64,000 nt of DNA from Octopus sinensis (lineage: Eukaryota), in assembly GCF_006345805.1 (NCBI RefSeq), contig NC_043015.1, positions 15,686,001 through 15,750,000 of the forward strand, written 5' to 3'. A program made the translations under genes and the position numbers. Within the stretch, counting starts at the first letter, position 1, and every line of letters begins with the position of its first letter. The notes beneath the pieces are model-generated. The model was not told the origin of the DNA, made no database searches, and saw only the letters and a program-made list of their open reading frames with translations. Of the stretch, positions 43,870 through 58,200 are shown piece by piece.

Positions 43870-45030
43870 CAATTGGTAATTGCTCATTTGGAGAGAAGGG
43901 GTAAATAAATATACAAAAACTCAAAAGCTAAGGTAGTGAGTTCCTTCGATATTATTAATCTTTACGTCAATATCCCACATGACTATGGAATAGAAGCAAT
44001 AAAAAATTCTGGTTGGAAAAGTATCCCGAAGAACTTTCGGAACGCATAAACCAAGTTTTTATTATTGAAAAACTAAAATTTATACTTCAGAACAATTATT
44101 TCCTATTTAACAGCACCTACTATTGTCCAAAATGCGGAAGTGCGATGGGAACGTAAGTAGCCCCTGTTCTTGCGAACCTAATAATGGGATATTTTGAATT
44201 CACCATATATGAAGTGTCACAAAAAAATATGAAATATGAAATATCCATTTCATCATTATATAAGGAAAAACTGGAAAAGGTATCTGGATGGCTGCTTTAT
44301 CATTTGGAATGAGACCATTGATAAAGTTTTAGAATTTAAAACAATACTAAGCAAATTAACAACCAAATTGTAACTGACATTTACCATAAGCCAACGGACA
44401 CAAAACAATATCTTCTGTTTAGCTTATGCCACCCGAAATACATCAGAAGGTATATCCCCTTTAATTTAGCAAAAAGGATTTGCATAATAGTGTTTAATGG
44501 AAATACCTGGGACCTCCGTCTTCAAGACCTCGGAACAACACTAACTGAGAGACAATATCCACCCTCACTTATAGACGATGGAATTAAGTGTACCAAGGAA
44601 ATTAGGCATTAAAACACTATAGGAAACACATCTCAAAACGACCATATGTATCAACGTACAACCCTAGAAACAACGAGGTATACAACACTGAGGCATACAA
44701 CAATGAGACATACGAGTATATAGGACGGACAAGAATGGCGCTTAGACGGAGAACCACTCAACATAAGGAACAGATCCGTTTATCACAGTACAGGTAGATT
44801 CCTTTGAGTGAACACGTAGAGAGATGTGCAGGTAATATCCAACCGAACGTCACAGTTTTCTCCATCTACCAGTGCAAAAGAACAATTTCTGCCCAAGAGC
44901 ATTTAAGCAAAGAAAATTCGTGTTCACATACACATCAGTGTAAATATTTCATTTCACTACATTAGCTTCTGAGTTTTTGTATATTTCTTTACCTCCTCCC
45001 CATAAAATGAGCAATTACGTCCCCTGTTCC
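43870..45030 (+). mobile_element. Penelope-like element remnant (RT + GIY-YIG side) with an internal inverted duplication
   Basis: FILQNNYFLFN...GSAMGT*VAP..ANL.MGYFE, WKRYLDGCFIIW, DIYHKPTDTKQYL..CHPK. 43876-43945 recurs inverted at about 44950-45020. Confidence 0.85.
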
Positions 45031-45188
45031 GTATAATAAACAGGGACATACATTGGAATAAAACATACAGGAGAAACCCAAAGTAATTCGTTTATCATAG
45101 AAAACTCTCTCTGCAACACAATATTCTTTCACTTATAAAATAAATTCAAAACATATTAAAACTATGTAAACTGTGTGCATTTTCCTTC

Positions 45189-45360
<172 letters not shown>

Positions 45361-45370
45361 TATATGTATT

Positions 45371-45700
45371 ATCAGCATCATCAGAAGCAGCAACTCGGTG
45401 CCTTCTCTTTGTCCAGAGATCGGCTTGACAAGACTAACCATTTCCTGCCTTGTTGTGCTGCAACCAAAGTTCATTGTTTTGGTGTCGCCAGTCTACAAAC
45501 GTCTTTGATAGTTCCTCGACACCTGTCGGGGTTGTCTTGTGTAGGAACTCGTGGTGTGTTGAATGTCCAAAATATTATCGCTTTGAGAAGGAAAGTACGG
45601 CTGGAGAGGAGATGCCTGCCATCCAGCAAATATGGCAAAAGATGGAGGTGGTTCGTATGCTGGGAGTGAAAGAGCCTGGTTGAGTGAACATGTAAAAGGC
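45371..45700 (-). mobile_element. Decayed RTE-type LINE 3' end
   Basis: [21 protein letters not shown]...TIKDVCRL resembles the C-terminus of the 36680-38340 RTE; short (GAT/GCT) tail next to (TA)n. Confidence 0.45.
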
Positions 45701-45944
45701 TACAAAACGGTTCGGCGTAGGAATGTGGTTTGTGGGTTCGAACCCATTCCACCTTTCTAATTGTTATTCGTTTGAATTATTGTCATTGATTTTTAATTAC
45801 GGGTTATCATTTATCATATTGTTTAAACATTCGTTCAAGTCCCTGACCCCATATGTATCCCCTTGTTTTCTCCTGTACAGTCCTCTTCTATGTTTAACTC
45901 AGGTAGTTAGTGGAAAATAAATTCGTTTCCTGAACGTAGTAAGT

Positions 45945-47150
45945 ATGCCAAGACTGACATGAGATCAGAGGAAGCAAGCCATCGGGCGTCTCGATGCTGG
46001 TCAACGTCCATGGGTCATCACTAATGACTTGAACTGCAGTATTCGGACAACTGAGCGGCTGAGAGAACGATACACACAACATGGATGATGGATGATCATC
46101 AACGCATTGGCCGACCGAGGGTTACAACGGCACGTCAAGATCGACACTTGCACTGCCTGCACTTGCAGGACCTATTCCGGAGGGCAACAGATTCAGCTAG
46201 GCAGGCCATAGGAACTCACCACAGACCTATTTGTGCTGAGACAGTTCGCCGTCGACTGAGATATTTTAATCTCTCTTGTCGACGTCCGGCTAGGGGCCTC
46301 ATCCTCACAGATTGTCATTGACGGGCACGTCTGCAGTGAGCTCAAAAACGTCAGAACTGGCGATATCAGCAGTGGAGGACCGTAATCTTCTCTGACGATA
46401 CTCGATATTGCATTTCTGTGCCAGATGGCAGAGCTAGGGTTTGGGAAAGAAGAGGTGAACATTATGCCGATGGTTGTGTGGTAGAGAGAAACTCGTGAGA
46501 AGGACAGAGCATAATAGTATGAGGCGGGATTGCGCTCAACAAAAAAATTGGACCCGTGGTCTTCCAAAACATCGGCCAAAGTCAAGGCAATGGAGTAACC
46601 GCTGCTCGCTACATCGACCAAGTGTTGAGGCCTCACATTGTGTAATACTTTGCCAGTCATCAGAATCACGTGTTTCAACACGACAACGCCCGTGCCCATA
46701 CTGCCAGGTTGGCAACAGACTTCCTCTAACAGTACAACATCCAGAGTCTACCATGACCTGCCCTAAGTCCGAAATTGAACCCCATACATCATCTGTGGGA
46801 CAAAATCCAAAGAAGGCTAAATGACATCCGGCACAACTCACTGCAAGTTTTAACAGAGTGTGAGCTTCTATCCCAATGGCCTTCATCAATCATTTGATGC
46901 ATTCAATGTACAGAAGATGGCTGGCGGTAATTAACGCTAACGATAATCACACGAGATATTGAGTTCATCTCTTTGGATCCAGGGCATCCTTTCATCACGT
47001 GACACTATGTGACGTCAAACACGTTTCAGGTTTTGAAGTTTTATCATTAGGACAGAGCGGTTTCTTAATTAGCAATCTTCAATCAATGTTATAGCACTCT
47101 GTTAATAAACCGGTTTCTGTTTAGTATGTGTGCGACATTACTTTTGTGGT

Positions 47151-47157
<7 letters not shown>
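45945..47157 (+). mobile_element. Tc1-family transposon; transposase pseudogene 45945-46962 plus right end
   Basis: MPRLT...AIGRLDAG, GRPRVTTARQDR, TVRRRLR, VIFSDD, VFQHDNARAHTAR, PALSPKLNPIHHLWD; multiple stops; right end ...cttttgtggttcagtt-TA. Left TIR not found. Confidence 0.9.
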
Positions 47158-47228
<71 letters not shown>

Positions 47229-50200
47229 ATATGTATATAGTGTTTTTAAATATGAGATGGGGCTTTTTCCTGAATATAAACATATTTTATTAAATGCTAA
47301 AGAGGGTTCACCGAGTTACAATGGACCAAGAGAAATATTCAGGGAAAATGAACGGCTAAAATTCTCTGACAAATGAAATTTGTAGTTTTTTATCACTGTG
47401 GACATCCACAGTCTGTAATTTTATTGGTTACTTGTGGGGATGTTTTGTGGACACACATAGTAATGTGTGTTATTTGTATGCAAGCATCATATATGCTTTG
47501 ACAAAAGAAATTCGGTTGGTGAAATTTTGAGAAAGCTAGTGAAGATGAAGTTTTCAAAAGAATTTTACAGATATGCCGACAGTTCCTATCGATGGACTAC
47601 AAGTTCGGGTTTCAAATCTGACCAGTTCTCCTGCTTCATTACTTCATCTGCAGAGAGTCTGCTGTGGTTATAAGGGTAGTCTTGCTCGTAAATCGACAGG
47701 AAACGAGCTGGCCAATATGGTGGTACATAGTTACTGTGTGCAAGCGAAGACGATGAGTGGAATGAGATGCACCGAACAAAGTGACAAAAAAAGAACTTTA
47801 TATTTTTCGCAACCAGCCCCAGCATGGCCGCAGTCCAGTGACTGAAACAAGTGAAAAATAAAAGATATTGAGGTCCTATAAATGAAAAGTTTCAAAACGG
47901 CCGGATGGAATAGCGTAGGAAGTGCAGCTTGTATTCCAGATGGAGATGCCAACGAAAGATGATGGATGGTTTGAGAAGTCTTGTTGAGATAAGCAATATA
48001 GGGAATTGAATAGTCAGGACTACAGAACTACCGATATGTAACGTGTCCGAGTTCCCCCAAAATGTGATAATTATGCTATTAGTGCATTTGACAGAAGTGA
48101 TATTAGGAATGTGAGCTTGATAGTAAAATAGACTTTGGAATAAAAAAAAATCACTGATATAAGTCCAGATGTGTAGAGCGGTTTGCTAGTATGCGTTTTG
48201 TAACATTGTATTATTGGAGCATATAAAGAAAATGTAGTATAAGAAAACCACAATGTAGTATAAGAAAACCACAAGAAAATAGCCTCATTCATACCAAAGA
48301 ATGGATAGTGAAAACCTAGTTGAGCTGTAAGGTAACTAATAAGACTGGGTAAAAAAAAAAGGTAAGTCGTGGTAAAAGGACCGAGATAACATTAAACAAA
48401 TGCCGAATACAGGCCAGAAAAGCATGGAAGTGCATCGGATACTCATGAGATTTGTGAAATGTATACACCAACTGCAAATGTAGTATGCAAGAAGTGAAAA
48501 TATCGGGAACTTTCATACTAGTGGGTCTGTGAAAAAGTGGAATGAAGAAGAGACATTAGTATCTTGCTGTTACGTATTCCACGATTGCAAAGTTGCTGGG
48601 TAAAGAGCAAAAAATGTCGGATACTGTAATCTGTATGTGTTTGTACGCATATAAATTTGTATGTGGATGTGTGCGCAAAACAAAGTAAAAGTCAAATATC
48701 AGAAAAATTCACCGAAAAGGAAATTCATGTAAATTAAAAGAAATAGAGGATCTTTTTTATTGCTGTCAGTTTTTGCGTTTAAATTTTGTCTCAGTTATTT
48801 TCAAATCTGGTGTACTGATTTAGTGTTAAAAATTGCATCGATATATCAAATTTGAAAGTTTTCGCTTGATTTTAAAATTTCAACATCAGTATATACAGCA
48901 ACTGAAAAAACCCTAAATATATAGTCAATTTATAGCCGGTATCTGGTATTTGATACAAGAACACCTAATGAGACAACACATCGATTCCCAGATTAGGACC
49001 AGCAACATTTACATTCTTCATTGCTATCACCGTCTCACCTTGCGAACTGCAGCAGTTGCCATCACCGTTTTCACTTACTTTTTCAAAAGTTCACCTCCCA
49101 AAGTTATTTTCTCCTGAACCATTTTCAATACAACTTGAGTCTCACTAACATACTGTATACCTGTCAATAAAAACATTCTCACGTACGTATAACCAGTGTT
49201 ACACATACATGCTTATAATAACAAAACATATTGTAAGCTTTTGTTCAGCCCTGAGAACATTGTGGTTCAGCTCTATGTAGTGTTTGAAAAATGTTTTACA
49301 TCTAATAAAAAGTTTTGTTTCGATTTCCTCTTAACAAATTCTCTCTTTAAGTTGTGACAAACAGACGCTTCAGCATTATCTTGATGTTTTGAAATGATGA
49401 ACGCCGACTTTCGGTCAGACCTAGTTAGAAGCCAACTTCCGAACAGGTGAAAATTGGTTACGTCCAAGGGCTGCTATCTAAGCGATATAACCGAAAATTA
49501 CTTGAAGCCATTCTTTGCCAGACATGGATCTCGAATAGTATCTTAAACAAAGGCAACACTAATCGTGGTTATCTTTTCACCAGTTTCGAAAAGCAGAATG
49601 ACGATAAATGTCCCCTATCTTCAGTTGGATACATATATACTTAACGGTATATTTTCCATGCGAAATTTAAAATACAAATTTGAAAAACAAGCAAATAATA
49701 ACGTACTTAATTTATTTTGTTAATTTCCAAATATTCTATTAGCATACAGGTTTTGGTATTAGATATTGTAAGTGTAATTTTGAAGTTTGAATATAAAGGA
49801 GAATTATATTTGCTTTTTGTTGAGCTCAGGTAAGTTGATAATAGTGTTCAGTTCAAATGCATTATATTTAGCACAATTTAACTATAGAAATAAAAATCAC
49901 AGCAGCTTGCAGTAGAAGTGGATAAAATTGAGATGAACATGCTTCTATTTTTTCTTGATTTTTCAAACAAAATTTAACTGTTCATTTGTATGTTAGACGC
50001 GTAAAAATACAATGTTGCGTGTAGCGTGTATTATTCTAACTTCTTCAGAGAGTAACGATTTTGCATGTTGTGTGTTCTATGTCCAGTTTGCTCTGGCTGA
50101 CAGCATCCAGTAAGGGATTCTGTGTCCAGGTTTACGGGGTAGGCCTTTAGCAGCAAGACGGTGAATATGGCAGTGATAATTGACATTTCAGTGATGTCAT

Positions 50201-50534
50201 CAACAATCGTAGAACACTAAGAAGCGACACTCCAAAGACTGAAATTTTGGTAATACAAGTTCAATGGGTGGAAGAATGAAGTGACTCTAGCTTCAAAATA
50301 GTTGCTTCTGTCGCCGGAGAATTGTTTGCTACAGGTCAAGCAACGGCTTTCAGAGGATATTTTTGATATTGGATTACGGTAGTAGTATTCTGGGCATATT
50401 ATGGTTTAGCCAGACGGAGAAAAATGGTTCCATTCCCGTACAACACCTCCCCCTTTCCCCTCATACACACACACACACATACAATTAACCCAGAAGAAAT
50501 AGAGTTTATATATTACTTTGGTAATATTACTTTG

Positions 50535-50720
50535 TAATTTAAGGTAGTGTGCTTAGCGGCATTTCGTCCGATTTTACGTTCAGGATTCAAATGTCGCTGA
50601 GGTCGACTTTACCTTTCATTCTTTCGGGATCAATAAAATAAGTACCAGTTGAACCCTGAGGTTGATGTAATGGACTTATCATCTCGCTCGAAACTGCTGG
50701 CCTTGTGTCAAAATTTGAAA
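50535..50720 (+). mobile_element. SINE family 2
   Basis: gcttagcggcatttcgtccg...ggattcaaatgtcgctgaggtcgactttacc...ccttgtgtcaaaatttgaaa. Confidence 0.8.
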
Positions 50721-50799
50721 GAAATATTACTTTATATTTGGTTGTCAGAAGTACGTTACGTAGCCTGCAGATATTAAGAATATTTTAATTTTGATGTTT

Positions 50800-51200
50800 T
50801 TATAATAATATTCTATTAGTTTGTGGTTAGGTGTGATACATAGAGTGCTTTTTAAGCGTTTGTTAGCGATATATTCATCTTCTTTAATTATGATGCATTT
50901 TGTTCATGAAGTATATGATATGTGGGATGCGCATGTTTTTACTTGTATCTATTGTGCGAGGTGCAGTCCAGAAGTTTTGAAACTTTTTTCTTTTGTTAGG
51001 AGAGCAGTTATACCTTTCCTAGGTTACTGAAATGTTGGTATATCATTACTGCATATCTAATAAGCTCACCTGCCAGCTTTTGTTATTCCAGATTGAAGGA
51101 GGCGGCTGTAAGAGTACTTTGAACTCACTGCTTTGTTACAGTTGACTAGTTTGCAGAATGGGGGAGGCGAGACGTGAAGACAATTTGGAAGCTTGCTATT
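50800..51200 (-). mobile_element. Possible Penelope-like GIY-YIG remnant
   Basis: KTCASHISYTS*TKC...IYR*QTLKKHSMYH resembles FTC.S.N.IY.I.C..C...YIGQT..L..R...H. Confidence 0.35.
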
Positions 51201-51224
51201 CAATAGAAGTTTTGTGTTAGACTC

Positions 51225-51645
51225 TCTTTTACTCTTTTACTCTTTTACTTGTTTCAATCATTTGACTGCGGCCATGCTGGAGCACCGCCTTTTAGTCGAG
51301 CAAATCGATCCCAGGACTTATTCTTTGTAAGCCTAGCACTTATTCTATCGGTCTCTTTTGCCGAACCCCTAAGTCACGGGGATGTAAACACACCACCATC
51401 GGTTGTCAAGTGATGTTGGGGGGGGGACAAACACAAACACACAAACATATACACACACATACATATATATATATACATATATACGACGGGCTTCTTCCAG
51501 TTTCCGTCTACCAAATCCACTCACTAGGCTTTGGTCGGCCCGAGGCTATGGTAGAAGGCACTCGTCCAAGGTGCCACGCAGTGGGACTGAACCCGGAACC
51601 ATGTGGTTCGTAAGCAAGCTACTTTCCACACAGCCACTCCTGCGC
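51225..51645 (-). mobile_element. tRNA-derived SINE family 1, well preserved
   Basis: Minus strand: gtaggcgcaggagtggctgtgtgg...ggttccgggttcagtcccactgcgtggcacc...gactgattgaaacaagtaaaagagtaaaagagtaaaagag. Confidence 0.9.
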
Positions 51646-51654
51646 CTACGTGGG

Positions 51655-52162
51655 AAAAAATGCTACAGAAACTTATGAAATGCTCCAGTCTGCTTATGAA
51701 TGAACTTGTATGAGCCGAGCATTAGTTTTTACTGACACAAAAGACCAGGCAAGGGCATCATCTACCTCCACTGGTGTGCCTTGGCCAGACAGTCAACAGA
51801 AAGTACTTTGTGGCGGTATTGGGAGAATTCAGGAAGATATTTCATCGCAAAATCCAGAACACCTGCATCAGGACAATACATCAATCCACAATTCCATGTT
51901 CGTAACCAACTACTTGACAGACCCTCCCTACAGTCCAGACCTTGCCAACCGTAACTTTTGGTTGTCCCCCAAGCTGAAAGAGAAAGCGAAGAGGGTTGTG
52001 ACAAGGGTCCTGGACACCTTCACTTTGAAGGATTTCCACGAGGCCTTTGTGAAATAGTTGGAGCGTTACAACAATCGCACTAAAGTCAGAGGATCCTACT
52101 TTAAAGGAGTTTTGTACTTCTTTGAGAAAGTCTCGAAATTTCTGGAATGTGCTTTGCATCTA
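51655..52162 (+). mobile_element. Internally deleted mariner element
   Basis: ATETYEMLQSAY...MSRALVF (HTH), LHQDN, PPYSPDLANRNFWLSPKLK, GSYF. Confidence 0.85.
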
Positions 52163-52599
52163 TGTGAGCGGGTTTCTTCTTGTATTATTCTACAGCTTGG
52201 TTTGATATTTAATTCGGTTACTTACAATTAACTAATATTTTTTTTAACTCTTAAGATTTACATATTTAATGCTTCTTTGGTAAATAAAAATTTAAAAACT
52301 CATATTAAAAGGGGTTTAACTGCAGGATCTCATATCCCTGAGGACATTCACTGTCATCTATATATTTAGATATTTGATGGTATTTTTCGCGAATATATAG
52401 CGTGATATATAAATTGTTCCGTATTCCTACGTTTATATCTCACGACGAAATTGCCTCTGTTCGACAGACCACAGTCTTCGTTCGAGATTGTGTTCTGAAT
52501 TCACATTAAAAATATGTTGAATTCTTTATATAGAAGTGGAATTATTTTCGTAGTTTTTTTTAAATAATATTCCTAATCATAGACACATTCCATTTTCAT

Positions 52600-53450
52600 A
52601 CATCTCCTTCCATTGCTCTCATACTCTGGCAGTATAGCATTTTTCTAGTCCTGATAGACAAGCTATTCCTGTAAAACATCACCTCGTAGGCGACGAATAT
52701 CACCAGCTAGATTATCATTTCCAGAAGAATTTCTGAGTGGTCTCCAATGCCAGTTCTCGTCTGCTTGATAACCTTCTACATTTCTTCCAATGTTGGTGTA
52801 CGCTACATCTCTTTGAAGAAATGATTTGGTAATATCTTCATTTGCAATGAAGGGATTTCTGAAAAGTCCGTGAAGTGTTCAGTCCAGGATCTCGCAGTAT
52901 CAGTCGTGTCCCATATGGACTTTGATCCTTCTTTATTAACCATGGGTGTGATGAGTGAATTTTGAGGCACATTTCATCGGGGTCATACAGGAAACCAATA
53001 TCCTTAAATGCCGCTACTTGAATTTCCACAAGTTTTTTACCCACTAGCTATTCTTCGTAAGTCTAGAGTATGCTGCTTGATAACTTTTACAGAGGCTAAC
53101 TGTACTTTCCGTACATATCTCTAAATCACAAAAATATCTAATTGTAAGAGTTTAGAAAGCATTTTCCTTTAACTGCCCCAAGTTCAACGTCATTATTATC
53201 GAACCAGATCTAATGGCTTCGTTTCTTATAACTCAAAATCGTTGAAGCAACATCGTAGAACATTTCCTTAAAATCCCTTCATATGCCATCCATCTCCAGA
53301 TTGTCCAAATTTTCATTTAGTTCATTAGCAAATATTCCAACTCTGAGTTTGGTTGCATCAATGTTTTTTGAACACTTAATAACTCCTTTAGATTTCTTGT
53401 CTGAGAACAAACTCAAACTTTGTTTAAATCATATGATGGTCTGTTGTCAT
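52600..53450 (-). mobile_element. Old RTE-clade LINE fragment (endonuclease-RT linker)
   Basis: IWFDNNDVEL, EIQVAAFKD...FLY, PTLEEM*KVIKQTRTG, with stops and frameshifts. Confidence 0.7.
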
Positions 53451-54653
53451 TCTGTACATCTGTACGCACTATACACACATCTTATATATCATGGCGACGC
53501 ACAATTACAAAGTGAAATGAGTACCGGTTCTTAGACCTTCGTTGCGTCCAAAGTATTTTGTGTATCAATCTCAGATGAAAGAATGTATTTCTAATGACCA
53601 GGTCCTACTCTGTGAATAGTTGGAGAAATTCGGATTCCTATTTTCTAGTATAAAGGCTCTAAAGAAGATCAAGTGACATGATCAGTTTCCTCCTGTCAGG
53701 AATTGCAGTCATATATACAAAACAAAAATTGCAAGAAGTACTAATGCATCAAATTTTAATTGTGACATACGTTTGCGCAACACGAGAATACGTTCTGCAT
53801 GTTTCAAGCTGTTAATTATCAATCATTACATACACCGCTGGTTCTGCATTAGGCTCCCCTTTCCCCCGTATGCATTTACACACAGAAACGAATATATATA
53901 TATGTGTGTGTGTGTGTATACATAAACTATTGGATGGCCGTTGACTATCTTGACTTCCGTCGTTCTTTGACAAGTATTGTTTTTAAAGCCGCAGGGTGTC
54001 CAAAAATCACCAACAACCCAACCCAGCCGGGCGGGGTTGCCGGTTTAGTCACCGACGGCCGGGTATTCGGTTGCACTGGTTTGTGTGTGTGTATGTATGT
54101 ATGTATGTATGTATGTATGTATGTATGTATGTATGTATGTATGTATGTATGTATGTATATATATATATATACACATACGTGCATACATGCATACGTACAT
54201 ACATACACAGATACATACGTACATAAAGTAAACTCAAATGGCGTTTAATATTTATGACTCGACTATAGACACTGAAACTTAGAAAAAAGCATATGGGTAT
54301 AGGTGTCATGGAGTGTAGAGAAGGGAAGATGACAGCGGTATAATATGCATGCATGCAAGTATGAAAAGCACTAACTGCCAGTGGAGTGCATCACAATGAA
54401 CGGTTGGGAAACTAGTAGCACGGGAACTACTGAGGAGCACATATGGTGTGTTTGAGGTACAAAAAGATTTCAGTGGGACAAAATGTATATCAAGTTATAT
54501 GTCTTAAGAAATAATTAATTCAATTAATGGATAATAATTTGTGATGATGTGTTAACACCAAGCAGATCAAAGAAAGCTTTGATTTAGTTTGGCACGTCAA
54601 GGTCTAGTGTTGGTGAAAAAACGGTAGTTAAATGGGTGAAAAAGATATATATA

Positions 54654-54703
<50 letters not shown>

Positions 54704-54789
54704 GTATATATATATATATATATAATATATATATACACACAAATTGAGATAGGGGTTGTAAATGCAACCCTCTATGGGATAACGTCTTG

Positions 54790-54846
<57 letters not shown>

Positions 54847-54857
54847 CATACATACAT

Positions 54858-54914
<57 letters not shown>

Positions 54915-55502
54915 CACACATACATATTGATGTGTGTGTGTGTCTGTGTCAGTGTGTGAATCTATGTATACAGAAAAAGAAATGGAGAGGGAGAGGGGGA
55001 GAGAGAGAAAGAAAATGAGAGAAAGAGAGAACATTTGGACAAGGAGAGAAAATAAAAATATGAGACTTTCAAAAAACAAAAGCAATTTTTTGAGGAGACA
55101 AAATATACATCAACAAACTGCAAGTTGTATGTAAATAATTAATTTAATTAATAGTGATTAATTGTTGAGGATGGGAGGAAATGAAGATGATCAAAGAAAG
55201 ATTTTATTTCAGATTGGCATCCCTAGATTTGCCCTAGGTGAAAGCTAGTAGATGAATGGCGAGGAGAACGAGAAAGGAGAGGGAGGGGGATAGAGGGGGA
55301 GAGAAGCAGTTAAACAGGGAGAGGCACAAAGGAAAGTTTTAAGACAATTAGGGAACATAGGCAATGACATTTTTGAACAACGAAAAGGTTTCGGTAGAAC
55401 AAAAACACGAATCAACAAGTTATATATTCTATATAATACATACCCCGGCATGCATGCATATATACATTCATACATACATTACACACACACTCATATATAT
55501 AT

Positions 55503-55567
<65 letters not shown>

Positions 55568-55959
55568 TGTATGTATGTAGTATGTATGTATGTATGTGTG
55601 TGTGTGTGTGTAGAAAAGTAGTGCTTTCCCCCGCAGGAAAGGATATAGGCGTGGTGTTGGGATGGGGTTGAAAATGCACTTAGATTTTACAAAATTTAAA
55701 AACTACTACGTTTTAAGACTCAGGTGCATTTTCAACACCCAAAACCAATACATGCATACATACATACATACATACATACATACATACATACATACATACA
55801 TACATACATACATACATACATACATACATACATACATACATACATGGAAATTAGCTGCCCAGCGGATGTTAATATAAAGCTGAAAATCAGTGAAAAAAGA
55901 GAACACCTATGCTGAACTATTGAGAAATCTGCAGTTACTTTATCCAGATTAAAAGTACA

Positions 55960-56400
55960 AAGTTAAACCTGTAATTATCGGGGCACTGGGATATGTAACA
56001 CACTGCCTAAATACCAATCTTGAGAAATTAGGCTTCTCAAAACCAGAAAGGAGAAAGCTAATTCGAAGACTACAGATCCAATCCATCACTTGAACTGTAA
56101 AAATCTGTAAAACTTTCCAGAAGTTTATCATTTAAAGATAAAAAATTATTGTATACAGTGCTCAGGTGCACCACAGTACTCAGGTGCACCACAAGATATA
56201 TGGGCATGTCTAGATATGCAACTATATGCATGAGAATACATTCATAAAACATACAAATCTGCACATTCATACATACATACATACAAAAATACCATTTTGT
56301 TGATGTTGAAATTCCAATGAAGGAGTCTTAGATCTAGGTTAGAAACCTATTCTTTCTTTATTGATAAATCTTGAAATAAACTGAATAATGAGATACATAT
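55960..56400 (-). mobile_element. Second copy of the 41630-42190 repeat, inverted
   Basis: Reverse complement matches the 41630-42190 blocks. Confidence 0.75.
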
Positions 56401-57046
56401 AATAAACTTGACTGAGTATCATCCACTTTATGTCATTTATACAAGTCGTTACATGTTTGATGCTTAGTAATCACCTGTACAAAAACCTTACCGGATCGAA
56501 CTACCCTACGTATGTATATGGCGCTGTGAAGCGCGACACGTTACAAAGTGAAATGCAAGATTCATGATGCTTCCGCAACTGTTAGATAATTATTACGGCA
56601 TGTTCAATAAATCATTGTATGTTCTATAAATCAGTGTAGGTTCTATAAATCATTGAATATCATACCTACTTTGTGTAAATTACTATATGTTGTGTGTGTG
56701 TGCGTGTGTGTCTGTGTGTGTGTGTGTGTTACCTTGATGATCCGTTGTGGTTAAGCACCCAGTTGTACTTGGAACATCCAATGCAGAGTTCCAAATAACC
56801 ACAAAGGTGAAACATACGTAGGAACAAGTGCTATAAAGTTGTGTCTATCATAATATCTCTTACATTTGGCTTTAATATCATAACCAGTAATACTTCTTTG
56901 TAGAGTAGTAGACAAACAACTATACGCGAAGCAGACAGGATGATAATAATCTACGTAGAGTTCTAAACTCAAACAGGACATCTAATTGTACATATATATG
57001 CATGCGTACATATATATGTGTATGTATGCATATATATTTATATATT

Positions 57047-57345
57047 ACTAGCAGTATCGCCCGGCGTTGCTCGGGTTTGTAAGGGAAATAACTATATAAG
57101 CATTTTTAGAGAGTTACTTCCCTTATATAATAGCAAAAAATGCATTAAAAATGGGAAAAAATGATGGTAATTTTTTTTTAAATCGTAGACTCATCGTAGA
57201 CGCGCGCTAATACCCAGAAGGGCTCGATATGAATCACGACTATAAGATACCCGGTTTTGGTTAAACTGCACCGCAAAATGTGGGAGTAGTTAGGAATCTA
57301 AATCGTAGGAGACAGACACACATCTTCACTTTTATATATAAAGAT
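57047..57345 (+). mobile_element. Non-autonomous Helitron-like (HINE-type) element
   Basis: Starts ACTAGCAGTATCGCCCGGCGTTGCTCGGG (5' hairpin), ends (gaca)n...CTTTTATATATAAAGAT. Confidence 0.75.
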
Positions 57346-57379
57346 TTATATTATTTTTATTTATATCATTATATGATTG

Positions 57380-58200
57380 AACGCGACGCATCCATTTCTA
57401 AGTAAGTTTTATCTTAATAATATCGATGCGACACACTTTCTGTCCTTTTTCTTCCCCTCTTTCATTTCCTCTATCTTCCTATCTCTATTCTCTTTATATC
57501 CTCTCTTTTTCGTTTTCCTCTCTCATCCTTCCTTTCCCCTCCCCTTCGCCGTTCTTTGTCTGTCCCTCTCTCTTTCCCTCAGTCTTCCGCCTTTGCTCTC
57601 TCGTGGCTCGTACGTGACCGTCGGCCATCTTTTTCTCCTAACTTAATTTCCTTCCTTCTCTCTGATCAGTCACAGGTATTGGACGCATTCTGTCATCTGT
57701 CAGAGCTTGTTTCAACGCGTTCACCAACTCAACATGTCTAGGCTTAGCAGCCCTTCCTGTCTGTTTTCATTGTGTTGTTTTTGTTACCAATTTTGACCCT
57801 CCGCAAATCCCAATTTTATTTAATTTGCTTTGCGGGAGCAACTGTTATGTCGAAAACGTATCTTGTTGTGAAATGCTCGAAGTACGAAGTAGAAAAACAG
57901 CCAGTAACTGATGAAGGGTTCATTTTTTTCGTGTTGCTTGTCTTGTTTTCCGTTTGTTTCTTTCGTTGTCCGAAAAGTAAGTTCGTATTCCATGTTGTCG
58001 CATTTCGTATTTCATGTTGTTTTCATATTTTATGTTGTTTACTTTCCGTGGTGTCCTGTGCCCATATATGCATGTATATACAAATATATGTATGTACATA
58101 TATATCTGTATGTATGCATATATATTTATATATTATTTATATTATTATATGATTGAACTCCACGCATCCATATACAAGTATATATATATATATATAAATA
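57380..58200 (+). mobile_element. Second copy of the 42750-43600 repeat, inverted
   Basis: Shares the blocks listed for 42750-43600. Confidence 0.65.

Noticed and set aside
48229-48270. 21-bp tandem duplication (similar short one near 56155-56192)
   Set aside because: Ordinary replication-slippage duplication.
49079-49160. Good splice sites around IQYVSETQVVLKMVQEKITLGGELLK, loosely like VQWLEQQV of the pro-domain
   Set aside because: Phase 1-2 rather than 0-0, and it lacks R-X-K-R and QWYL; could be an exon of something else but unsupported.
49273-49467. ORF with dibasic sites (LKREFVKRKSK) resembling a pro-peptide cleavage region
   Set aside because: No phase-0 donor or DP..QW motif before the stop; similarity is at chance level.
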